56,433 nt of DNA from a virus (IMGVR_UViG_3300025467_000526:64001-120433), one strand, 5' to 3'. Positions 18,178 through 27,634 are shown, counted from the stretch's first letter. The notes: generated from the sequence alone by a model not told the origin. Program-made: numbers and translations.

Positions 18178-18617
18178 TGGAACATAACAAATATCATTTA
18201 GCCCTTAAAACAGCATTTGCCAGTGAATTTAGTTTTTATCTAAAAGCACACAACTTTCATTGGAACGTAGAAGGTCCATTGTTTGAAAGTCTACATGCAT
18301 TGTTTGAAAGAATTTATTTAGAAGTATACGGTAGTATCGACACATTTGCAGAACATTTACGTGCATTACAAATTTATGCACCAGGAAGTTTACAAAAGTT
18401 TAGTATGTTAACTAATGTACGTGATGAAAATGATGTTCCAGGATTTCACGAGATGCTGAGCGAATTGTTACAAGACAGCGAAAAAATGGCTAATATTTTC
18501 CGTATTACTTTTGAAATGGCAGAACAAAATGGCGATCATGGATTAAGCAATTTCTTAGCCGACCGTCAAGATGCACATAAAAAGCATAGCTGGATGTTAA
18601 GAGCGAGCTTGAAGTAA
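18177..18617 (+). CDS. dps: Dps-family ferritin-like protein
   Basis: KAHNFHWNVEG..F..LH..FE, DTFAEH, HKKHSWML. Confidence 0.92.
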   Translation: MEHNKYHLALKTAFASEFSFYLKAHNFHWNVEGPLFESLHALFERIYLEVYGSIDTFAEHLRALQIYAPGSLQKFSMLTNVRDENDVPGFHEMLSELLQDSEKMANIFRITFEMAEQNGDHGLSNFLADRQDAHKKHSWMLRASLK

Positions 18618-18847
18618 TGGATGAACTAGCACGTCTTAAGAAGTTGGCAGGCATTAATGAATTTAAGGGCTTGCAACCTTATGGCGGAAGTAACATCAGT
18701 ATAACTGGTACAGAGAAACGCATTATCGAACGTGAACAAAATATACAACCTGGAACTGAAGAATGGTTCAAACTATGGTTTAGTTTACCTAAATTTATGG
18801 GTGGAGAACGTGCAGTAGGTAATGGGTTTAGAGGAATCAAAAAATGA
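18617..18847 (+). CDS. Small putative head protein (ELARLKKLAGINE)
   Basis: TAATG-coupled; motif shared with cluster. Confidence 0.65.
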   Translation: MDELARLKKLAGINEFKGLQPYGGSNISITGTEKRIIEREQNIQPGTEEWFKLWFSLPKFMGGERAVGNGFRGIKK

Positions 18848-19422
18848 AAATTAAAGAATTGTTAGAAGGCCCTTATGAAGATGGCGTAAATGATGGTAAA
18901 CGAGGTCATCGAAATCCACGTGCCAGTTCTATATATGGTCCTTCATCAGATCATTATGAAAAAGGTTACCAACACGGCGTCACCTTAGGAAAAAAAGAAG
19001 GTGAAGCAAACGTAAGAAGATATGAAGAGTGGCTTAAACCTTTTTCACATCTGTCAAATGAAGAACTTCACGACCTAGCAGAAAAATTTAGACGTAGTCC
19101 AGAAGATAGAATGGCAAATGGACAACCGTATCCATATAACAGTAAATTTCAAGCAATACATCAAGTATTAGGTCAGCGAAGACACAATCCAAATTATGGG
19201 TTAGATGCTAAACATGGTGTAGCGGAATCAGCTAGTGCAGGTGCTACAAGTAGTGCTAGTATTGCCAGTGTTCCTAACCCTAATTACGCCAATAATGCTA
19301 ATAAAAAACCTGTAAAAAGCGTTAGTGCCCTTGATCAAAATAGTGTAAGTTTATTTGGCGCACCTATGGAAACCATGAAAAACAAAACAGGTAAAAAGTT
19401 AGCAATAATCAAAAGACGCTAA
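18844..19422 (+). CDS. Putative head-internal protein (MKIKELLEG ... VAESASAGATSS)
   Basis: Shared N-terminal motif, ATGA-coupled. Confidence 0.65.
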   Translation: MKIKELLEGPYEDGVNDGKRGHRNPRASSIYGPSSDHYEKGYQHGVTLGKKEGEANVRRYEEWLKPFSHLSNEELHDLAEKFRRSPEDRMANGQPYPYNSKFQAIHQVLGQRRHNPNYGLDAKHGVAESASAGATSSASIASVPNPNYANNANKKPVKSVSALDQNSVSLFGAPMETMKNKTGKKLAIIKRR

Positions 19423-19425
19423 ATA
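19420..19425 (+). promoter_or_regulatory. Putative late promoter
   Basis: TAAATA then GGAG SD and ATG 19451. Confidence 0.5.
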
Positions 19426-19450
19426 TATAAAGATAACGGAGTTACATAAC

Positions 19451-20935
19451 ATGTCAGATTTAGATCAATTGAACCCAGGAATGGGCACAGCAGAAGCAGG
19501 GGCAGAAATGCCAGGCGATACTGCCGGTGGTCAAGAGCATCATCTAGAACTATCCCCTGAAGACAAACAGCAACAGGGCAAAATGGCCAAGGCCGATTTA
19601 TATAAATTAGCCAGCTATTCACACAAATTATTCAAACAGTTACACGATGATGACGAATTAGAAAACTGGGTTGAAGCCAAGATTACTAAAGCGGCAGACT
19701 ATATTGCTACTGTATATCACTATTTAGAATATGAAATGAAAGTAAACGAATTCGGCAAACATTTGAATGATGCTGAGATCACCAATGAGCAACGTGCTCA
19801 TATGGAAACTATGCTATCGGAGGCAAAAATGAAGATTGCTGAATTAAAGAAAACTCAAGCTGTTAAAATGTTAATGCGTGAAGAAAAATCATCAACTGGT
19901 GGAGATATTGATCGTTCAAAGCCAGGTGTAGTAAAACACAAACATAATCCAGATCGTTTCAGTGATGAGCCACACTCTGAGCCAGCAAGCAAAGCCAAAG
20001 GTCAATCAAGTGCTGAAAAGAAAGCTGGTCGTGATATGGATAAAGAAGAAAACAAACGTGGTAAAGAATGGGAAAAGAAATATCCTGGATCACGTCATAT
20101 TTACAAAGCTAAAGATGACAGTGATGATGGCATTGATGAAAGCATGGAAGATTGCGAGCATTGTGGCGGTTCAGGACAAGTTGCAAAAACTCCTCCTAAA
20201 GCACATCCAGATCATGCAGAAAAAATTAACAAGTATAAAACATTAAAGAACGCTGTTAAAGCTATTGTAAACGATCATAGCGAAGATGGTGAAATGGTTC
20301 CAGAAGGTAAAAAATCTAAGCCAGACTTTTTAGATTTAGACAAAGACGGTAACAAAAAAGAGCCAATGAAGAAGGCTGCCGCTGACAAGAAAAAAATGTC
20401 AGAAGCTAAAGCTAAGTGTTGCTGTGAAGAAAAAGGTAAAGCTAAATGCCCAGTTCACGGTAAAGTTGAAGAAAGCAAACCAAGTGCTGGATTGAGTGCC
20501 GCTAAGAAATCTGCTACAGTTAAGAAAGCTAAGTCCGGTGGAGACATTGGTAAACCAGGTAAGAACTTTGATAAGCTAGCTAAGAAAGCTGGTGGTGGTG
20601 AGAAAGGTGAAAAGATTGCCGCTGCCGCTATGTGGAAGAACATCAAAGAAACTACTGCATATATCGAAGAAAAGAAAGCAATTGAAAAGAAAGCTGACAA
20701 AGATTACGATGGAGATGGCAAAGTAGAATCTCCTAAAGATGAAGTTTGGGGTTCACGTGCAAAAGCCGCCGCTAAAGCAGGACATCCATTTGGTAAAAAA
20801 GAAACTGTTAAAGAATCTACAGAAGTAGATCGTATGCGTGAATTAACAGGTCGTCTGAATCGTAATGAAAACATTATCAACGAATCACGCGAAGCTGATA
20901 CTTTCCGTAAATTAACAAACATTCTTAAAGGGTAA
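19451..20935 (+). CDS. Highly charged putative head-internal/scaffold-like protein
   Basis: K/E-rich, many hxE-[S/G/A] sites, DLDKDG and DYDGDG loops. Confidence 0.7.
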   Translation: MSDLDQLNPGMGTAEAGAEMPGDTAGGQEHHLELSPEDKQQQGKMAKADLYKLASYSHKLFKQLHDDDELENWVEAKITKAADYIATVYHYLEYEMKVNEFGKHLNDAEITNEQRAHMETMLSEAKMKIAELKKTQAVKMLMREEKSSTGGDIDRSKPGVVKHKHNPDRFSDEPHSEPASKAKGQSSAEKKAGRDMDKEENKRGKEWEKKYPGSRHIYKAKDDSDDGIDESMEDCEHCGGSGQVAKTPPKAHPDHAEKINKYKTLKNAVKAIVNDHSEDGEMVPEGKKSKPDFLDLDKDGNKKEPMKKAAADKKKMSEAKAKCCCEEKGKAKCPVHGKVEESKPSAGLSAAKKSATVKKAKSGGDIGKPGKNFDKLAKKAGGGEKGEKIAAAAMWKNIKETTAYIEEKKAIEKKADKDYDGDGKVESPKDEVWGSRAKAAAKAGHPFGKKETVKESTEVDRMRELTGRLNRNENIINESREADTFRKLTNILKG

Positions 20936-20940
20936 TACCC

Positions 20941-22650
20941 GTGGACATGAAGCGTATCCTACAGGCTATGGATGGAGTTGCTACCAAGCCTGTAGTAGGC
21001 GCTAATGAAATGTCTAAATTTCTTCGTATTGTTAACGAAGACCCATATCAACGTTCAGGCGAATACGTCGACCTCGACGATCCTAAATACAAAAATGCTG
21101 TAGATGCAAGAGGCGGCCAAGTTCAAGGCGGTTCCGGCGAATGGGGCATGCAACAAATGTATCATGGATTCGGTTATTGTACTCAAGATAGTACAATGCG
21201 AGCTCAAGAACTTGCTAAGGCTATGAAAATAGACTGGAACAAAATTGGGCAGGAACTAGATGCATACAATAAGGACCATGTTAAAAAAGGTTCTAGATAT
21301 GTACGATATGCAACTTTAAACACAATACCAACTGAGCTCCTTGTCGATGGCGAATGGATTCCTATTCCTAAAAATCTTTATACTGGCGCTGAACGTGAAG
21401 TATTAGCAATGGGCGGTAGTACTGAACTTGATAGAATTGGAATGGATGATCCTGGAGTGGGTTGCGAGGACGATGCCCCGTTAGGGAAAGCACATCCTCT
21501 ACGTGGCAATCGTTATATCAAACCAGGAACTAAATTATTTTCCAAAGATCAAAATGGGCAACCTAATCAAAGTGCATCACCTACCGGTACTACTGCTCCG
21601 GCAGATCCTAAGATCATGCAGTTACAAAAAGAATTAATATCCGCGGGAGAACGCGGAAAACTAGGTCCATTTGGACCAAATCATGATGGAGTCGATGGAG
21701 TAATGGGAAAATATACTAAGGCCGCTATAAGTCGTCATCCTGATATTGCAAAGAAATATTTTCCAACAAGTACAGATGAAAGTATAAACAAATTTTTATC
21801 TATCATTGACAAAAATGATGTCAAAATTTTAAAAGAAGAAGTTAACAATAACACAGTTTTAAACGAAGGTGCCAATCCTCATAAAGTGTCATTGCCGGTA
21901 CAAATGGCGATGCAACACTATCAAGCACCGAAAGAAACTGTTATTTCAAAACCAACTGTTCTTAAATCTTATTTTAAAGAAGTTGAAGACCAACATTTAG
22001 AAGCTGTTACAGAAAAGAAACAACTAATGCGTCAGTACGCTAGCCATATTGCCGAACGTGTTTTAATGAAAGAATCCGCTAGTTCTAAAAAGCAGGATGT
22101 AGCAGAAGTTAAACAACGATTAGATGCTAAATGCTGGACAGGCAAACACAAAGAAGGCACCAAGATTAAAGGCGGTGTTCGTGTTAATAACTGTGTACCA
22201 AACGAAAGTGTTATTAGTGAAAAAAGTACTACAGAAAAACAAGCACGTACTATGGCCGCTGCCGCACATAATCCAGAGTTTGCTAAAAAATTAGGTATTA
22301 AATCTAGTGTTGCTAAAGAGTTTAATAAAGCCGATACAGGTACTAAAAAACTAAGCAATGCTATGAAGCATAAGAAGAAAGTTAAAGAAGATCAAAATTC
22401 AGATCACAGAATAGGGTTCGATCCTATGGGAGCAACTCCAGGAGTAATGGATGCAAAAGATGCTACACCAAGCGGCGGACATCTTAATTTAGAAGACGCT
22501 CAGTCAAAACTACATCCAACCAAACGTTATCGTATGATGCGCCGATTGAGCAAAAAAGGCGGTTACGATTTAAGTCATTTAGAACTTGCAAGCGATGAAG
22601 AACTACATCATCTATACGCACAGCATGGTTTAAAAGAAATCAGAAAATAA
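20941..22650 (+). CDS. Putative head-internal protein with peptidoglycan-binding domain
   Basis: IMQLQKELISAG...DGVDGVMGKYTKAAI (PG_binding_1-like); micro-modules CWTG..GTKIKGG..VNNCVP and MAAAAHNPEFAKKLGI. Confidence 0.65.
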   Translation: MDMKRILQAMDGVATKPVVGANEMSKFLRIVNEDPYQRSGEYVDLDDPKYKNAVDARGGQVQGGSGEWGMQQMYHGFGYCTQDSTMRAQELAKAMKIDWNKIGQELDAYNKDHVKKGSRYVRYATLNTIPTELLVDGEWIPIPKNLYTGAEREVLAMGGSTELDRIGMDDPGVGCEDDAPLGKAHPLRGNRYIKPGTKLFSKDQNGQPNQSASPTGTTAPADPKIMQLQKELISAGERGKLGPFGPNHDGVDGVMGKYTKAAISRHPDIAKKYFPTSTDESINKFLSIIDKNDVKILKEEVNNNTVLNEGANPHKVSLPVQMAMQHYQAPKETVISKPTVLKSYFKEVEDQHLEAVTEKKQLMRQYASHIAERVLMKESASSKKQDVAEVKQRLDAKCWTGKHKEGTKIKGGVRVNNCVPNESVISEKSTTEKQARTMAAAAHNPEFAKKLGIKSSVAKEFNKADTGTKKLSNAMKHKKKVKEDQNSDHRIGFDPMGATPGVMDAKDATPSGGHLNLEDAQSKLHPTKRYRMMRRLSKKGGYDLSHLELASDEELHHLYAQHGLKEIRK

Positions 22651-22682
22651 TCTAGTCTCTTTCATACACTGATAATTAGTGT

Positions 22683-23282
22683 ATGTACAAGAAAATCTCC
22701 AATAACACATATCAACGTTTACGCTATTTCCCAACCTATGCGTTGGACGATACTGTTTTTACGCTAAAAGAATTAGATCAAATTATAGAGCATACTTCCA
22801 AATTAGGATTAATGCCAGGAATAGATCGAGGAAACGTAAGAAAGAGTGATATAAATTTTATGCATCCTAACAAAGATAACTATTGGATCTTTGAAAGATT
22901 CAACGATGCACTGGATTATATGAATGAAAAATATTTCAATTTTGACATAAACGGTTACGAGTTCATACAATATTCAACTTATGAAGCTGATAAAGATGGA
23001 AGATATGATTTTCACATAGACATGGCGTTAGGTGAAATGATGAAAGATTGGCATGAAAATAGAAAATTGTCCATGACATTATTATTAAACGAACCTGGAG
23101 TCGATTTTGAAGGCGGAGATTTTGAATTTAATACATGTGGGGATAATAGAACCGAAAGACCAAAAATGCGTAAAGGTGCTTTGATTTTATTTCCAAGTTT
23201 TATGATGCATCGTGTTACACCCGTTACAAAGGGTATTAGAAAAAGTTTAGTTATTTGGTTAACCGGACCAAAATTTAAATAA
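22683..23282 (+). CDS. 2OG-Fe(II) oxygenase (prolyl-hydroxylase-like)
   Basis: YDFHID (HxD), RKLSMTLLL, FEGGDF, FPSFMMHRVTPV..G.RKSLV.W. Confidence 0.9.
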   Translation: MYKKISNNTYQRLRYFPTYALDDTVFTLKELDQIIEHTSKLGLMPGIDRGNVRKSDINFMHPNKDNYWIFERFNDALDYMNEKYFNFDINGYEFIQYSTYEADKDGRYDFHIDMALGEMMKDWHENRKLSMTLLLNEPGVDFEGGDFEFNTCGDNRTERPKMRKGALILFPSFMMHRVTPVTKGIRKSLVIWLTGPKFK

Positions 23283-23290
23283 AAAAAGTG

Positions 23291-23319
23291 TTGCTCTTAA
23301 GCAATAAATACTTTATAAT
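23291..23319 (+). promoter_or_regulatory. Sigma70-type promoter with embedded late box
   Basis: TTGCTC-17 nt-TATAAT; TAAATA at 23305-23310. Confidence 0.65.
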
Positions 23320-23339
23320 AGGCATATAAGGAGAGAACT

Positions 23340-23597
23340 ATGGCAGGCAGAAATTATGGCGCAGAAGAAAAAGCAAAATTAGAACGACTAATTAGCGAGG
23401 GTTCTACTGTATTACGTGAAGTAGAAGATTTGCAAGAAGGCTTAAAAGAAACTGTTAAAGCAGTTGCCGAAGAATTACAAATTAAACCTAGCGTTATTAA
23501 CAAGGCTATCAAGATTGCTCATAAAGGCGATTGGCAACAATATAACGAAGACTGGGAAGAAATTGAAGCAATTTTGGATATTACAAAACGTATTTAA
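23340..23597 (+). CDS. Small dsDNA-binding protein (T4 DsbA / GapR-like)
   Basis: Helical 85 aa: LERLISEG..VLREVEDLQEGLKE....AEEL.IKP.VINKAIK. Confidence 0.55.
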   Translation: MAGRNYGAEEKAKLERLISEGSTVLREVEDLQEGLKETVKAVAEELQIKPSVINKAIKIAHKGDWQQYNEDWEEIEAILDITKRI

Positions 23598-23599
23598 AT

Positions 23600-24121
23600 A
23601 TGCGAGTAGTACAACAGCCCAGTGCATTTTTAATTACTAAACTAGATCAGCACGAACTAATTAAAGAACACTTGCTTGAATCAATTAGTAAGTTAGGTGA
23701 ACATAGTATTATTGAAGAGAATGGATTGATTCCACAACGTATTTCAAATACTGACTGGGGTCAATCATTAAATTCGACATATTTTAATATAATGAGTCCG
23801 TTGCTCAAAGAGCATTGTAGACAAGTTAAAAATATGTTAAAATTACCATTTAATATTGATTGTATCGATTATTGGTTTCAACAATATCGTACAGGAGATT
23901 ATCACAGTTGGCATAGTCATGCTAATTGTCTATATTCGAATGTATACTATTTAGATTTACCAGAAGGCTCAAGTAAAACAACTTTTAAATTTATTGACGA
24001 AGAATTCGAAGTAGAAGTAACCGAAGGCGATATATTAACTTTTCCAGGGTCAGTGCTACATTGTAGTAAACCAAATAAAAGTGAACAGACAAAAACTGTT
24101 ATTGCTTTCAACACAAGATAA
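23600..24121 (+). CDS. Putative 2OG-Fe(II) oxygenase
   Basis: YHSWHSHANCLYSNVYYL, EGDILTFPGSVLHC, KTVIAFN. Confidence 0.8.
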   Translation: MRVVQQPSAFLITKLDQHELIKEHLLESISKLGEHSIIEENGLIPQRISNTDWGQSLNSTYFNIMSPLLKEHCRQVKNMLKLPFNIDCIDYWFQQYRTGDYHSWHSHANCLYSNVYYLDLPEGSSKTTFKFIDEEFEVEVTEGDILTFPGSVLHCSKPNKSEQTKTVIAFNTR

Positions 24122-24125
24122 AGGT

Positions 24126-24179
24126 CCAGCGAGCCAACAAATCGCACATGGGTATTTGCAAGCCTTAAATTGCATGGAG
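24126..24179 (+). promoter_or_regulatory. Twin hairpins in the polymerase 5' UTR (candidate translational operator)
   Basis: GCGA-GCCAACAAA-TCGC and TGCAA-GCCTTAAA-TTGCA directly before GGAG SD. Confidence 0.5.
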
Positions 24180-24189
24180 AAAAAAATTT

Positions 24190-26856
24190 ATGTCTTATGT
24201 AGACGCATGGTTTGACCGCGAGAACGATATTATAAAAATCGTTGAGCGAAATAAAGATGGCAAAAGAGTATTTAGAGATATTCCTGTACGCCATACATTT
24301 TATGTTAAAGACCCTAAGGGTAAACATACTTCAATTTACGGTGAGCAACTCACTCGTATCATTTGTAAAAACACAAAAGAACTACGCAAAGAACAAGCCA
24401 TCAATAGTGGCAAGGAAATGTACGAAGCAGACATTAATCCAATCTTTGTTACACTAAGCGAACACTATATTAATCAAGATGCTCCAAAGTTAAATGTAGC
24501 ATTTTTTGATATTGAGGTAGACTTTGATCCAGAACGTGGTTATGCAAGTCCAGACGATGCATTCATGCCAATTACTGCGATTGCTGTCTACCTACAATGG
24601 TTAGAAACTATGGTATGTATGGCTATTCCTCCTAAGGGTCTTGAGATGGAAGAAGCTAAAGAAATGGTCAAAGACTTTCCTAATACATACTTGTTTGATA
24701 ACGAAGCAGATTTGTTGGATATGTTTTTGGATCTAATTAAAGATGCTGATGTTATTAGCGGTTGGAACTCAGAAGGATTTGATATTCCTTACACAACTAA
24801 TCGCGTGACAAAAGTATTGAGTAAAGAAGACACAAGACGTTTTTGTTTGTTTGATCAATTTCCAAAACGTAGAGAATATGAAAAGTTTGGTCGAAATAGT
24901 GTAACCTATGACTATATTGGTCGCGTTCATTTAGACTATCTCGAATTGTACCGCAAGTATACGTATGAAGAACGCCACAGTTATAGACTTGATGCGATTG
25001 CAGAATATGAGCTAGGCAAACGTAAAACACAATATGAAGGTACACTAGATCAATTATACAACAATGATTTTAAAACATTCGTTGAATACAACATCAATGA
25101 CTGTAAACTTCTTGACGATTTAGATAAAAAATTAAAATTCATGGATTTAGCCAATACACTGGCACATGAAAATACAGTATTGCTACAAACTACAATGGGT
25201 GCCGTGGCTGTAACTGAACAAGCTATTATTAACGAAGCACATCGTAGAGGTATGCAAGTTCCTAATCGAACAAAAATGAGTGAACGTGAGGATACTGCGG
25301 CTGCCGGTGCTTATGTTGCTGTTCCTAAAGAAGGTATTGTGGACTGGGTTGGATCATTAGACATTAACAGTCTTTATCCAAGTGCTATTCGTGCATTAAA
25401 TATGGGACCGGAAACTATTATTGGTCAACTACGTCAAACTAAAACAGAAGAATACATTGAACTTCAAATGGCCAAAGGCAAATCATTTGCGGCTAGTTGG
25501 GAAGGTAAATTTGGTAGTGATGAATACGAAGCTGTAATGAATCAAGAAATTGGTACTGATATTACAATTGACTGGGAAAATGGCGACGTTGATGTATTAA
25601 GTGCGGCAGAAGTATATAGATTAATTTACGAAAGCAATCAGCCTTGGATGCTTTCGGCAAATGGTACTATCTTCACCTATGAAATTGAAGGTATAATTCC
25701 AGGGCTATTGAAAAGGTGGTATGCAGAACGCAAGGAAATGCAGGCCAAATTAAAAGATGCAATTAAAGCTGGAAACAAAGTTGAAGAAGAATACTGGGAC
25801 AAACGACAACTTGTTAAGAAGATTAATCTTAACAGTCTGTATGGCGCTATTCTTAATAGCGGTTGTAGATTCTTTGATAAACGAATTGGACAATCGACCA
25901 CACTCACAGGACGTCAGATTGTCCGGCATATGGCGGCCAAAGTAAACGAGATTATCACAGGCGAATATGATTACAGAGGAAAGGCAATTATATATGGTGA
26001 CACTGATAGTTGTTATTTTAGTGCTTATCGCACTTTACAGAAGGACATCGAAGCGGGATTGATTCCTTGGAGTAAAGAGAATGTAATTTCATTATACGAT
26101 CAAATTGGGGAAGAAGTTAATCAAACATTTCCACAATTTATGTTAGATACTTTTCATTGTCCAAAGACTCGTGGAGAAGTTATTCGTGCCGGTCGTGAAA
26201 TTGTTGGCAGTAAAGCCCTTTTTATTACTAAGAAACGCTATGCTGTTCTTTACTATGATAAAGAAGGTAAACGTGCAGACATAGATGGCAAAGCAGGAAA
26301 GATTAAAGCCATGGGGTTGGATCTGAAACGTAGTGATACTCCAGAATTTATTCAAGACTTCTTAAGCGATGTTCTTGAAATGGTATTGATGGGTAAACCT
26401 GAACAAGAAGTTCTGGATCATATTAGTGAATTCCGTATTCGTTTCAAAGCTCGTCCAGGATGGGAAAAAGGTAGTCCCAAACGTGCTAATAATATTACTG
26501 ATTATGGTGCTAAAGAAAAGAAACAAGGTAAGACCAATATGCCAGGGCATGTCCGTGCTAGTATCAATTGGAATACATTAAAACGTATGTATGACGACAA
26601 GTATAGCATGGCTATTACAGACGGTGCTAAGGTTATTGTTTGTAAACTTAAACCTAATCCGTTAGGTTATACATCGGTTGCTTATCCAGTAGATGAACTG
26701 AGATTACCACAGTGGTTCAAAGATTTACCTTTTGATCATGCTGAAATGGAGGCAACAATTATCGACAATAAGTTAGATAATTTAATTGGTGTACTAAAGT
26801 GGGACCTAAATAGTACCGAAGAAAAAAATACTTTTAATAGTTTATTTGAGTTTTAA
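24190..26856 (+). CDS. DNA polymerase family B (T4 gp43-like)
   Basis: Exo FFDIE, GWNSEGFDIPY, YNINDC; pol SLDINSLYPS, K..LNSLYG, YGDTDS, KKRYA, KAMGL; no intein or intron. Confidence 0.97.
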   Translation: MSYVDAWFDRENDIIKIVERNKDGKRVFRDIPVRHTFYVKDPKGKHTSIYGEQLTRIICKNTKELRKEQAINSGKEMYEADINPIFVTLSEHYINQDAPKLNVAFFDIEVDFDPERGYASPDDAFMPITAIAVYLQWLETMVCMAIPPKGLEMEEAKEMVKDFPNTYLFDNEADLLDMFLDLIKDADVISGWNSEGFDIPYTTNRVTKVLSKEDTRRFCLFDQFPKRREYEKFGRNSVTYDYIGRVHLDYLELYRKYTYEERHSYRLDAIAEYELGKRKTQYEGTLDQLYNNDFKTFVEYNINDCKLLDDLDKKLKFMDLANTLAHENTVLLQTTMGAVAVTEQAIINEAHRRGMQVPNRTKMSEREDTAAAGAYVAVPKEGIVDWVGSLDINSLYPSAIRALNMGPETIIGQLRQTKTEEYIELQMAKGKSFAASWEGKFGSDEYEAVMNQEIGTDITIDWENGDVDVLSAAEVYRLIYESNQPWMLSANGTIFTYEIEGIIPGLLKRWYAERKEMQAKLKDAIKAGNKVEEEYWDKRQLVKKINLNSLYGAILNSGCRFFDKRIGQSTTLTGRQIVRHMAAKVNEIITGEYDYRGKAIIYGDTDSCYFSAYRTLQKDIEAGLIPWSKENVISLYDQIGEEVNQTFPQFMLDTFHCPKTRGEVIRAGREIVGSKALFITKKRYAVLYYDKEGKRADIDGKAGKIKAMGLDLKRSDTPEFIQDFLSDVLEMVLMGKPEQEVLDHISEFRIRFKARPGWEKGSPKRANNITDYGAKEKKQGKTNMPGHVRASINWNTLKRMYDDKYSMAITDGAKVIVCKLKPNPLGYTSVAYPVDELRLPQWFKDLPFDHAEMEATIIDNKLDNLIGVLKWDLNSTEEKNTFNSLFEF

Positions 26857-26857
26857 T

Positions 26858-27634
26858 ATGAAAAAAATTATAATTGCGGGTCACGGATTTGTTGGCAAAG
26901 CAGTAGCCAACTCATTGAAAGAAACTATAATACACGTTGTCGATCCAAAATATACAACTGGAGAAATAAAACACTACCCAGATGCAGACGGGGTTATTAT
27001 TTGTGTTGGTACTCCTAGTACACAATTAGGAGATTGTGATGTTAGTCAAATCTATAGTGTAATGGAACAAGTTCCCGAATCTATGCCGGTATTGATCAAA
27101 TGTACCGTACGTCCAGACTATTTGAATAAGATTGTAACAGATTTTCCTAAACATAGTATTGCGTATAGTCCAGAATTTTTACGTGCGGTAAGTGCTAACG
27201 AAGACTTTGCTAATCAAGAATATATGATTTTAGGCGGTGCTAACCCCAACAATATTTGGAGTGAATTATTTACTAGTTCACTTAAAAACCTAAATACAAT
27301 TGAATATTGCACACTGACAGAAGCAAGTATGTTGAAATATACCACTAATTGTTTCCTAAGTGTCAAGGTAGCGTTCTTTAATCAAATTTATGATATGTGT
27401 CAATTAAATGGTGCAGATTATAATACAATTATTGAACTGTTAAAGTTGGATGAGCGTATGGGTAGTAGCCATATGCAAGTTCCAGGTTCCGACGGCAGTA
27501 GAGGATTTGGTGGTGCTTGTTTCCCCAAGGATACAAATGCATTTATACATTATGCTGATAGTGTACAAATATCTCACACATTGGTAGAATCGGCAGTAAA
27601 ATACAATAAACGAGTTAGAAAAACATTGACATAG
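26858..27634 (+). CDS. UDP-glucose/GDP-mannose dehydrogenase family (short form)
   Basis: GHGFVG Rossmann, ICVGTP, YSPEFLR, LKYTTNCF, GFGGACFPKD with catalytic Cys; C-terminal domain absent. Confidence 0.88.
   Translation: MKKIIIAGHGFVGKAVANSLKETIIHVVDPKYTTGEIKHYPDADGVIICVGTPSTQLGDCDVSQIYSVMEQVPESMPVLIKCTVRPDYLNKIVTDFPKHSIAYSPEFLRAVSANEDFANQEYMILGGANPNNIWSELFTSSLKNLNTIEYCTLTEASMLKYTTNCFLSVKVAFFNQIYDMCQLNGADYNTIIELLKLDERMGSSHMQVPGSDGSRGFGGACFPKDTNAFIHYADSVQISHTLVESAVKYNKRVRKTLT

Noticed and set aside
22683-24121. 2OG-Fe(II) oxygenases as TET/JBP DNA base oxidases
   Set aside because: Motif spacing fits prolyl-hydroxylase-like and small phage oxygenase families, not TET/JBP; no linked methyltransferase
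24190-26856. Intein or intron in the DNA polymerase
   Set aside because: Normal length, contiguous motifs, no splicing or homing-endonuclease signatures
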